Shown here: piece after piece, positions 25,854-36,900 of the stretch
Numbering within the stretch: position 1 is the first letter of the stretch
Layout: each line of letters starts with the position of its first letter
NCBI GenBank assembly: GCA_964106915.2
Contig: OZ066919.1
Direction: 5' to 3' (one strand)
DNA: 64,000 nucleotides
DNA from: Podarcis gaigeae
Lineage: Eukaryota
The notes under the pieces: model-generated
The model's input: the letters and a program-made list of their open reading frames with translations, nothing else
What the model was told of the DNA's origin: nothing
Database searches by the model: none
Translations under genes and position numbers: made by a program

Positions 25854-26385
25854 TTTTAACCAGGTGAGACTCCAGTCCTTTTCAAACAGTTTGTCACGCT
25901 GGTTTCGGATTTTCCCTGTCAGCTTTGCCAGTTCTGCATATTCAATCCTTTTTATCTGCCATTCTTTCAAAGTTGGAAGTTCCTACTGCTTCCATTTCTG
26001 GGCTAAAAGTGTCCTTGCAGCCATGGTAGCATATATAAACATATTTAAATCTACTTTTGGAATTTCTTCTCCCACAATACCCAATACAATCTCTAATTCT
26101 TTGGTCATGTTAAAACACAGTTTTTCCTTTTTAAAAATTACAGCTGCAGGGTGAATCAAGATCAGGACTATGATGTAGGAATGTAGGATTTATCCCTTTT
26201 CTTCAGTGCTGCACTCTGGTGGAAATTGGCCTGTTGGTGTTGCGTACCAACGAGAAGCTGCTATTGGACCCCAAAAGTTAATTTCTGCCGCCCAACAGAT
26301 GACATTTGGAAGATAAATGGAAAATAACTTCAGTCACTCATATACAATAGATCACTATTTTCTAGGTATCTGTGAAAGTATATAA

Positions 26386-26425
26386 AGCCCCTGAAGAAGG
26401 CATTTTGGCTTAAACACATTGGGCT
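26386..26425 (+). ncRNA. Degenerate minimal hammerhead ribozyme (Penelope-type remnant)
   Basis: AGCCC-CTGAAGA-A-GGC ATTTTG GCT-TAAA-CACATT-GGGCT. Stem I and CUGAAGA are intact, but GAAA has become TAAA. ACACAT is consistent with CpG decay of a palindromic ACGCGT. Confidence 0.6.
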
Positions 26426-26635
26426 ATTTATAAAAATTAATGCAGTCTTTCTTTTTGGAAGCTAATGAGTGTTTTTACCCAAATGCGAACTACCTGCTTT
26501 ACATTCTATGGCAATTCAGTGACAAGGAGGTAGTATTGGTTGCTAATGTGGTATTTAACTGAGCTGAAGGAGGCTGAACAAGGGGTAGTAGATGAAAATT
26601 TCAGTGGAATGTTTTCAAAAGAGGAATAATTTAAC

Positions 26636-26792
26636 CAGGGGTGCCAACTTGAATAAAATATTGGGGGGCCCACATAATCACATGACACAACACACCATCA
26701 ACAATGCCCATCAACCTCAGAGGGGCCCAGCTCCCTCAAATATTTTATTGGGGTAGTCCAAGGAACCTCAGCCCCTAGGGGCTGGTCCTGTG
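26636..26792. mobile_element. hAT-type MITE
   Basis: Starts CAGGGGTGCCAACTTGAATAAAATAT, with 8-bp TSD AATTTAAC / AATCTAAC. Same family as 30575-30760. Confidence 0.78.
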
Positions 26793-28099
26793 AATCTAAC
26801 CATTCATTGTCAAAGAAAACAAGTATTTCCCTAAACTGTTAGGGCTGAAACCTCACAAATTCACTTAGGCACAGTTTCCGTATTTTGCTGTACTTTATTT
26901 AATACTTTTGTATTTGTTTTGTAAAACTAAAACAAGCTACAAAACCTCCAATTTTCATATTAAATACAACTGAGTCTGAACATCTCCAGCTGTCTTTAGC
27001 AAGTCAGACCATTCGTGCAGTCTAACCCAGTTGTGTCTGCACTGACTGCCAAGATATCCAAAGTCTTAGGCACAGATATTTCCCAGACTTTGCTATCTAT
27101 GATCTTTCAAATGGAGATGATGGGAACTGAACCTAACATTTTGCACATCCAAATCATGTGATTGTACCATGGGACCAGTGACTCATCTTCTAGCTGTGAC
27201 TAGAAGTGGATGGACAGAGGAGAGCATACAACGAAAAACATAACTGCAGAATGAAACATATTCACCAGGGTTAATACATCTGCCCTATTCACTTTACCCT
27301 TCTGTCAGTTCAAGGGGAAGAGTTGGTGTGGGAGTTGGAGGCCTGAGGCAAGAAAGATAGCAAGGAAGGGAAAATGGGGTAAAAAAACCCTATCTAGGGA
27401 TTGGGGATGGAAGTAAGTGAATGGGCATAGGAGGTTTAGAGGCTAGCAAATTGGGTTAGGGAAGTCAAAGAGTACTGACTATTGACTGTAGGATCTTGTA
27501 TATATCAGCCATTTTTATCATATAGATGTAATTATTTTAGTTTATATCTTAACAGGTAAGATCTGCCAAGTTGGAATAGCGGTGGCAAGGTAAAGGCAAG
27601 GTTGAACAAGGCAAAGGAGGCTTATCACAGACTACTTTTGTTGTTTTAAACTAGGGAACAAGACTGACTTAGAAGCTTTAATAGGGACAGGGCAATACTA
27701 CTTGCTCGAGCTGAGAGGTCTGATTTTCTGCCTCTTGTCACTAAACTATCCCTGCCTGACTTCTGAACCTATTATGGAAAGCTCAGGTACTCACAATAGC
27801 TTTATGAAATAGATTAGACACAAGGTTACCTATCAAGTTTTGTCAGTCAGTGAGTGTTTTAACCTGGTTCTCCTGACCAGACTGAACCTTCAATTTACTC
27901 CAGTATGTGTGCTTCATATACACAGATGCTTAGTGTAAGTACAAAGTATTCCTTCTTCATGGTGATAATACTCTGTTTTTTTTTACCTTCTTCTTGCATT
28001 TTGTGTTCTCCTAGAGGGCTTTTTTTTTTAAGCCCTTCCTTTTGCTCCACCTCTCCCCGCTCTCCAAAAATGATTAGAAAGAATTATTGCCATTAGGAC

Positions 28100-28359
28100 N
28101 NNNNNNNNNNNNNNNNNNNNNNNNNNNNNNNNNNNNNNNNNNNNNNNNNNNNNNNNNNNNNNNNNNNNNNNNNNNNNNNNNNNNNNNNNNNNNNNNNNNN
28201 NNNNNNNNNNNNNNNNNNNNNNNNNNNNNNNNNNNNNNNNNNNNNNNNNNNNNNNNNNNNNNNNNNNNNNNNNNNNNNNNNNNNNNNNNNNNNNNNNNNN
28301 NNNNNNNNNNNNNNNNNNNNNNNNNNNNNNNNNNNNNNNNNNNNNNNNNNNNNNNNNNN
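28100..28359. other. Assembly gap (260 N)
   Basis: Run of N. Confidence 1.
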
Positions 28360-28769
28360 AGCCATCCAAGGAGCAGTTAGGGATGTTCTTAAATGGGGAA
28401 GACAAAGTAATCAGGGCCGCGACTTCCTGACTAAAGGATCCTCTTCCGGAGATGAAGAGCTGTATGTCTGAGCAAGAAGTACATACACTTTGTGTCTCCC
28501 TTTGAGACCGTTGAGGCCTTATAGAGCCACTTCATGCCATCTCCTTTCCAAATGTAAGGCCACATCGGGCACCTGATCATACAAACGTGTGTGGTTCTAG
28601 GTCTGCACCAGGGAGAGCAGGAATCAGATCATCTGACCATGTATGGCTAAAATTAATGATATATGAACCAGGTGCCATGTTGAAGATGAGATTAACGTAA
28701 GAGATAATGAAGTTACTGTAGACATCTACTGCACATCATTTGCTTATAGGATTCTGCTCTAAGACTTGA

Positions 28770-28905
28770 GCAGGGATGATGAACTTGTGACCATCCAGGT
28801 GTTGGACTCCCAATTCCCATCATTTGCAGCCAGCATGGCCAATGGTGAGGGATGATGGAAACTGTAGTCCAACACTATCTGGAGGATGATAGGTTCCCCA
28901 CCTCT
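28770..28905. mobile_element. Old palindromic hAT MITE
   Basis: GTTGGACTCCCAATTCCCATCAT...GATGATGGAAACTGTAGTCCAAC fold-back with a GGTTCCCCACC end. Confidence 0.7.
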
Positions 28906-30239
28906 AGTTTAGGAGGCTTCCTGAGCCCAAGGTTGTACCCTTTGACTACCTGAACTAATAACATTGATAGTATGACCCCACCTTTTACTATTCCCCCCCC
29001 TCCACCCATGTTTTTACACACACAGTTGCCAATTGAAGATAGCAGTTCAGAAACCTGATAGTGGTCTCTAGGACACAAAAGTGCTTTAAATGTTAAATTT
29101 GTTAGTTAAGCTGCTTATATAGGACTCCTTTGTTATTTTTGCAGCAGACACACAGCCACCCTTTTGTCTTAATAACTGTCATAGAATCCATAACTACGCC
29201 CCAGTTGTTAGCTCAATTATGCCAGTGTCCTTCCTATCTCTTACTAATGCTGTAGGCCCATCATGTGCTGTATAGAGTTGTACCCTCTTAGTCAAAGTAT
29301 GTTGCCTTTCACACCTGTCAGATCCCTTCTAGGTTCCTGTGTTTGGGCAAGTGATAATAAAAGGTCCCTTTTATATTTTCCCAGTCACAGTCTTATGGAT
29401 GTCTTGCATTTTTCTTGTGTGTCTGAGGCATCAAAGGTGGTCCCAGAGGTGTGGTTGATGGTAGAGTTACAGTCTGAACTTGAAGGCAATTCTAGAGATG
29501 TATTGGAGCGGCCATGGAATTGTTTGATGTTGTTCTTCTCTTCCTCAGTTGGTTCTTTTTCTGCTTCTAGGATCCTTTTTGTCCTCAGCCAAAATACTTC
29601 CCTAGCCTTCTCATTCTTCTCTTCCAGCCAGCTTGCCCCAAGTCTTCTGAGACCAAGGCCAAGTGGGAGTATCTGGGATGGAAATGAAGTCCACAAAGCT
29701 TTTAAAAGCAAAACAAGACTTTTCCAAACTTAGTGATTAGCATTCTTCATAGGATACATTCTTTTATATTTGGGTGTAAATGAATTTGGCATTTCAGATT
29801 GGACAAGTGGGATGTTAGAAATGAATTAGAATGAACAGGAAGATCACTTAATTAATACTGCAGGAGGTGTCCATTCTATAAACAGAAAACAGTGGATATG
29901 GAGTTCACGAGAACACACTTGAACAGGAATGACAATACCACTCTGCTCCTTCCATCCTAGATAAGAAGGCTTCCTCATCACACCTCAGTGTGATCACGTT
30001 TGTCCTTGCCACATCACAGGCAGGGTAGGCAAGGAAATGGAGCACAGTGCATAGCTTGTAAAATGCCATTGGATGAGATTAGAGCAGGATGGGGCAGCAA
30101 TGTAAACAGGACAAGCTTTGTAAACACAACTGCAGCTGGGATAAATTTAGCTGGTTGGGGTTGCAGCCATAGCACTGCAGGACACTGTGTCAGGGCATTC
30201 TTGTTAGGAGGGGAAACTGGATAAACAAACACAGCTTGT

Positions 30240-30365
30240 CGCTTCTTCTTTGCTTTGTCCCTCAATTGTGTCCCAACATTGTTATTCCAGTTGGACAATT
30301 GTGCCGCACACTGAAGGAACCAGGCATAAATTTATGGGTATTTTGATGTCCTCATCCCTTTACAT
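30240..30365 (-). pseudogene. Possible Tigger/pogo transposase CENP-B-type HTH remnant
   Basis: Minus frame reads KGMRTSKYP*IYAWFLQCAAQ...GTQLRDKAKK, resembling KRMRxxKYxxxxxALYxWFxQ...GxxLxEKA. It has in-frame stops, and no DDE domain was seen. Confidence 0.4.
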
Positions 30366-30574
30366 TACTTGTACTTATGGATATTTGCTTATGAGTGTGG
30401 GTCCTTTCTGGCTCTCCTGAGAGCCGAACTGTGCCCACCAAATGTTATCCAATTCAAATGCAATCTCTTGAATGTTCAGGAGTGTGTGCAATCTGCATAC
30501 TGTGTGTGTATTTTATGCATGGTTCCTTAAATATGTACACTTGAAGGAAGAAACTCTTGAGCCAACACCAGGAG

Positions 30575-30760
30575 CAGGGGTGGCAACTTGAGTAAAATAT
30601 GAAGGGGCAAGTAAGCCCCGCCCCGCACAACTGATCACATGACACAGTGCACACACACTATTTGAATGGCAATGCCCATAAACTTTGAGGGTGCCCAGCC
30701 CCCTCAAATATTTTATGGGGGGGCTGAAGACACCTTGGCCCCTATGAGTTGACTCCTATG
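30575..30760. mobile_element. hAT-type MITE
   Basis: CAGGGGTGGCAACTTGAGTAAAATAT...GAGTTGACTCCTATG with TSD ACCAGGAG / ACCAGGAC. Confidence 0.78.
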
Positions 30761-31904
30761 ACCAGGACTATAATTAAAACACACAAAAACACAAACAGAC
30801 AAACTCAGAAGTATGAAAATACCTTTGAACATTATGCTACATTGTAAGGGGAAATATATTCCAAGAAGTATTTGGCTGCTATAGATGTGTGAACTACAAA
30901 GGCCTTTAACTTGCTATCTCAAGATATCTGAGGGTCTGTCTATGTTAACTTATAGAGAGAACACTTCAATTCCCAAGCCTTCATTACAAGGCATTTTGGA
31001 GATGAAAGTCTTTAGAACTTTCTGAGTATGTTGATAACTTGCACACATACACTCAAAAGAAAAAGCCAGATAAATTTTATCGGTTTTTACTCTGGAAGCA
31101 ATATGCTTTAAAGCAAGATAGATATATATGCAGTGTAGTGCTGGTCTATGCTGCAAGGCCATCTGATTTTCATTTCTTATCACATGGATGCCCGCATTCA
31201 CCATTTCAAGCACATGCATTCTCACACCTACCTATTGGCAGAAAAATCTGCATACCCATAACATGCTGTCCACATTTGATATAAAATCCAATGACATGTG
31301 ACATTTGGAAAAGGTCACTTCTCCCCCCAGAATTCATAATCCTGCTCCAGCCAAAGAATCCACAAGGTCATCATCTCTTCAGTGGGTCTATTGATTCCTC
31401 GGGGGGGGGGGATGAGAAATGGGATAGGGATTTCTTTATCCATCCGGCAAAAGGGGCTGAGGATGGAGAGGTTGTAGGATAATTACTAGGAGATGGGGGA
31501 GTTGCCTGTTAGTCTGATGACAGCTTCAAAGATTGCATGAGAGAGGATAATTAGCTGAAAACAGTTCAAGAGTCATGGACTCCATATAGAGCAGGTATCA
31601 ACTACATGTTCATATGGAGTTATGAAGTAAAGGTCAGGCAAGAGGGGAGAATGGTTTTGCACTTGAGTCATGCTTGTGGACTTTCCATAGGCATCTGGTT
31701 AGCACTGTGAGAATAGGATGCTAGACTAACACGCTTGGCAGGCTTCATATAGCTTGCAGGCCAAGGCCCATGCCTGACCCTAGAGTCGATTACTGCAATG
31801 CATTTACAGGTAGTTGTCTTTGAAAACAGTCTTGAAACTTCAGCTTGTCCAAAATGAGATAGCTAGATTGTTAACTGGGACTGGCCTTTCTGATCATATG
31901 TGAG

Positions 31905-33480
31905 TATTTGTTGTTTGTATCTGTCTGTCTTGTGACACAATGGAAGAGTGCACCTTTTGTTGTAAAGTCAAACCTTTGGAGAGTTACAGTGCCTGCTGTG
32001 GCTGTAGAGACCAATGCAGGAGAGACACGTTTTATTGCAGGTAGGACAGATGAAGGCATCTGGTTTTGCTGCTACAGGTGCATCATGGTGTTTCTTTTAT
32101 CTGTGCTCATCCCAGTAGTCATTCCTCCTCTGGTGGCTGCTGTGGATACATGAGCTAGCTGACTCTAGGCATTTTGATCATCTGCAAGGGATTGCCATAC
32201 GGCGGGGTTAATGTTGTTAACCTTCATATCTCATTTTCAGACATCTTTGTAACACAGAGTTGGTCTGGCAACAGGCCTAGTGCCTGAAGCCAGCTCCCTT
32301 TAGAGGACGTCCTTGGGGATCCTGCCATCTTCCATTCTTTGGACATGATCAAGCCAGCATAGACATCACTGAAACAGAAGCGTGAACATGCTGGGAATGT
32401 GGGCTTGGGGGAACACATATTTGTTTGAGACTCAGTCCTGGAAGGCATTGAGACGTTGCTACTGTTGGGTGTCAGTTGCCTACAACTCACTTCCATAAAG
32501 CAGTGTGCTCAATGCTCAAGCCTGGTAGACCTTCATCTTGCTATTAGTTGTTAGTGTCACATTTTCCCATACCCTTTTGGAGAGGTGAGCCATTGCCCCA
32601 GCTGCCTTGCCAATACACTTGTCCAGCTCTGTGTCGATGGAAAGTGTCAATGGAAAGGTAGAGCCCAGGTAGACAAAATAGTTTACCATCTCAAGAGCGT
32701 GGTCACCAGTGCTGATGTGTGGAGTACTTGCAACATCCTGACCCAGGAAGTTGGTCTTTGTCAGGCTGATGGTGATGCCAAACTAGGTGCAGCCTTTTGC
32801 AAAACAGTTGATGAGTCTCTGTAGAGTGGTGTCAAGGCTGTGTCATCTGCAGACACCATCTCTCAGATAAGAACCTTCCACACTTTTGTCTTGAACAGAC
32901 CCCTGTCAATCCTTGAATGAAAGTATGCACCACCTTCAATTGAGCTGAAGGCATAGGAGAGCAACAGTGAAAAGTATATGCCAAAGAGTGTTGGAGCAAG
33001 AACACGGTCCTGTTTCACACAGCTATTTATAGGGAAGGCGCCTGAGGATACTTCATACTGGACAGTGCTGTGCATGTTCTCATGGAAGGACACAATCATC
33101 TTGTGGAGCTTAGGTGGGCATCCTATCTTGCTGAGCAGTGTTAAGGGTCCTTTTTGGCTGACAAGGTCAAAGACCATTGTCAGGTCTATGAAGGTGATGT
33201 ACAGGGGGCATCTCTGCTCTTGGCATTTCTCCTGGCTCAGTGAGAAAATAATGTCAACTGCTGACCTGAACTCTAAAGATGCATTATGACTTGGGATAGG
33301 CCCTGTCAGCGAGTAACTGTAATCTGTTGAGAACTATGTGGGCAAAGACTTTCTCTACAGTACTCAGCAGGGAGATACTATGGTAGTTGTTACAGTCATG
33401 GCAGTCGCCTTTGCTATTATAGAGGGTCAGAATGCCGGGGTTGTGCAAGTCTTGTGGCACGGATCCTTTCCCCCAACTAC
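31905..33480 (-). mobile_element. RTE-clade LINE, degenerate RT and 3' end
   Basis: ORFs give TLYNSKGDCHDCNNYHSISLLSTVEKVFAHIVLNRL and IGCPPKLHKMIVSFHENM...VKQDRVLAPTLFGIYFS. An ADD motif lies near 32842-32851, and the 3' end is homologous to 19437-19945. Confidence 0.92.
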
Positions 33481-33494
33481 TCCCATGTGAAGAG

Positions 33495-33950
33495 TGGGTC
33501 AAATTCAAAGTGCTGGTTTTAACGTTCAAAGCTCAAAATGTCTTGCGGCCAGATTCCCTAAAGATCAACTCCTCTTACACTTACTTACACTGACCCTAGG
33601 ACCTTTAGGAGTTCTTCTCAGGGTGCCAAATGAGGTATGGTGGGTGGCTGTCAGAGAAATGGCATTTTTATTGGTGATACCCAAATGCTCTCCCCAGAGA
33701 GACTCACCTGGGGCCTATGTTATGGTCTTCCTAGTAGCAGATGGCGACGTTTTTATTTTCCTGCTTTAAGATCTTAAGTGGCTTTACCTCAGTTGTGTGA
33801 GTGTAAGTTTTATTGTTGCTGGATTTACTTATTTATTTTAATACCATGGCAGGCTTTATTCCACTTAATTTTTATGGTTTTTAGTTTTTATTGTTAACTT
33901 CCCATAGGACATTGTTAATTGGGTGGTATACAAATGATGCAAATCAATCA
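33495..33950 (+). mobile_element. Old L2 3' fragment
   Basis: Degenerate QIQSAGFNVQS/FK.L region of L2 ORF2, then CTCCCCAGAGAG...CACCTGG and the terminal GGGTGGTATACAAAT. Confidence 0.6.
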
Positions 33951-36900
33951 GTGGATCAATTTATATAGTCCTGGGTTTAACCACATGCTCATGGTGGTTG
34001 GATGAACATAGCAGTTGTGGCTTTATTACTATAGAATCAAGAGTGTGTGACGAACAGCCACCTGGACTGCAATTTGTTTTTCCTTAGCAATTGGTTATTG
34101 CTACAGGCAGTGGTAACCCTAGCTCTCTTGTCTCTTTCCTCTCCTTTGCATATTTTTGACTCATGCTTCTTCCATGAAGCTCAAGGATATTGTATCCTCA
34201 CAATAAACCTGTAGATGTACTTTAAATTGCATATTTGTGATACAGGTTTATGTGAACTGATGTCATATTTCTGGTGTGTAGTCATGAGCAAGATCAGCCC
34301 TCATAATCACATAGCTGTCTAGGTTTGCATACAGCCAGACTGAAAGTAAGTACATGACTCCTGGGGAGGGCAGTATGGTCAGGGTTCCTGCAGAATTTGA
34401 ATGGACTGTCTCTTACTATGGTACCAATCTGCATGGCACAGTTAACAGCAACTCAGAAGCTGAGCGGTTCATCAGCATGCGAACTTCCTGGCACGTTCCT
34501 GTTGAATGCTGGAATGTATAGGAAGCATACAGAAAAGGAAGCCCAGTGTGCCATTGTACAACCTTTCAGTCTTACACTTAGAGAAGCAAAGAGTGTACTT
34601 CTTTAGCTTGCTCCTCATTCTTCCAATGTGCAGCACAAATACTTGGGTATCAAGCAAAATGCCAGAAATCAAACACACTGCAAGAATGATTCCCAAATAA
34701 ATGCAACGCCTTTATGGAAGGCTCAATTTGTAGGCGATTAAGCCATATAACAACAGTATGCTAGGATTGCTAGATTTTGTACCCATCTTTGCAATCAAAA
34801 TGAGGTCTAGTAATTAGAATTTTGAAGGTACCAGAACAGACATTCTACAGTAAATTTGCCTACCATTGAAAGACAAAAGGCTGGATTCAATTATAAAGGT
34901 GGGCTAATGGGAGCCAGTGCAAGGAGTTCTGCTAGTGCAATGGAACTTTCTCTCCTCTCTTCTCCTCCCTCTGCATGCCCCACAACCTAAATTGACTAAA
35001 TGTGTGTTGGGAGAACTCCCAGAACAGCACAGGGAGAGGAGAGGGGAAATTGTTTCATTGGGCAAACTGAAATGCTTGTGCTGATGGAATGATTGGAAAA
35101 GTGTGATGATGAATTTCTCCCATAATGTTTGTGCTAAAATTGGATTGTAATTTAAATTGGATGGTAATTTGATTAATTGTAAGAATGCCATTAAAATGCA
35201 TAATTATCAAAACAGATTTCAGAATATCCTTTTTACCACAACACACTGACTGAACCTAGCAGAAGGGCCCCAGTTCCAAAACTAATCTATGCCTACTGAA
35301 TTATTTTGAGATATCTAGTGGGCATCCAGGAAAAAAATGCAGATTATAAAACTGGTTTATTTCTGGATTGGGAATTGGAGAAGTTTCCTACTCCCTAATT
35401 ACAAGCCACACCATTTGTACAATTCTTAAATGTCTTGTTCTATGTCTTATTTTCCTCTTGGCAATAATGGAGCAGCTGTATGCTGTTCACGTTTACAAGT
35501 CTAGATCAGATGTAACACTTGCTGAATTTAAGGGTTGCAATTGGGAGTATACCTCACTGATTTTCAGGCCATCATGTGGGAGAGCATTCCATACTCCTAT
35601 TGAGGTGACTTTTCAAAGCAGAGAGGACTATTGCGGATGTGGCCCTTTCGTGCTGTCCAAACCACTGTGAGTTATGGCTTCTCCAGCCTCTAATTATGCA
35701 GTCAGCCCCCAGTCGCCTGTTCCTAACGAGGCTGACAGGCTAATCTCTCAAGAGCCCTTAATGTGTTATCATCTCTCGCTGGGTGACCTCATATTTCTAA
35801 CTGCTTTGGTGGGGGGAGGAAGGAAAAGTGTCGTCTGCTCTCCCCCCTCAACATAAGCCCACATCCTCAGGCTCATCTGTTCAGGCAAGGGAGATCAGCC
35901 CATCCATCACCTACCCCGTTGGGCTATTAGATGATTAAAGGCATTTTTTATAATATTTGGGCGAGTTTTCAAAGCTTCTTGCAAAGTGTCTGATTAACAC
36001 CCGTTTTAACCCCTCACTGGTCAGATTGCAAACCCCAGGAGCAGGGGAGATGCACATGGGCAAGACTGTTAAGAGATGCCTGCCTTCAGCAGCATTTATT
36101 TTGTCTGCTCATGCCCAGATCACTGACAAGGTGTGATTCATGGTCCCTGGACACCTGCAGGAAACAGTTCTTCCTTGCCAACTGGGACCTGGTGGTTTAT
36201 GAGGTTTTAACGGTTCCAGGGGACAGGAAATGGGACCCTGGTTTGTTATGCAACAGGCTGTGCAGGCGCTGATTATGTCTCCTCTTGGTAGCAGATCCAT
36301 TAGTTGCCCTTAGGAGCAGAGGGTCAGGATGGATTGCAGTTCTGTGACCCAGCAAGGAAAGCAGCTTGAGATGTGAACACCACACAGTCTTTGGCATTTT
36401 TTACCTTATCCACATGCCTACCCTTGTGCCCATTTCCTAGGTTCACCCACACCTCAGGTCACACATTCCTTCCAGATCTGTTCCTTTGGGCAGTTATCTG
36501 TTGCAGCTAAAGGCATGGAGACTGGGAAAGTGAGCCATGGGACAGAATTGTGCATGGTAGTGGTCTCTTTGTCTACCAGAGCCCCCTTTGGATTTGGAAC
36601 TTTCAGCCAACTCTGCTCAGGTTTTTCTCTACATTGATTAAAGTTAAGGTACACAGGGTTGTGTACATATGTGATGCAGTTGCACAGCATGTATAGTCAT
36701 GATTAAGGCCCTTTGCATGGAGGAATTGTAGTCATTAAAGGGCACTGAGTAACAAACACAAAACAGTGTTCTGGAGTTAAAAGTTGATCATGTCTCAATT
36801 GTAAAAAGTGCCAATATTTTAAGAGAGAGGGTAGCTGACTTTTAAGAGAGAGGCTAGTTACTTGGGGAAAGGGTGGTTTTTCTGCTTCATGCTGTCTGTA

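Larger units (their letters stand above)
24432..25868 (-). mobile_element. L1-C, 5'-truncated L1 inserted in L1-A
   Basis: T-rich tail and ORF2 remnants WLKEW, EPKVPWWISP, HRWYLTP, TVFHMWWQC and EWIQKLAEYAEL. Perfect 15-bp TSD ACTCCAGTCCTTTTC at 24417-24431 and 25869-25883. Confidence 0.92.
22416..26130 (-). mobile_element. L1-A: host L1 3' end split by two later L1 insertions (pieces 22416-22584, 24267-24431, 25884-~26130)
   Basis: Removing the inserts restores the ORF2 C-terminus LGIVGEEIPK...YATMAARTLLAQKWK...YAELAKLTGKIRNQRDKLFEKDWS|KFIQYMKEHCKHL and a continuous 3'UTR. Confidence 0.85.

Noticed and set aside
28028-28405. ORFs spanning X runs
   Set aside because: Artefacts of the N gap.
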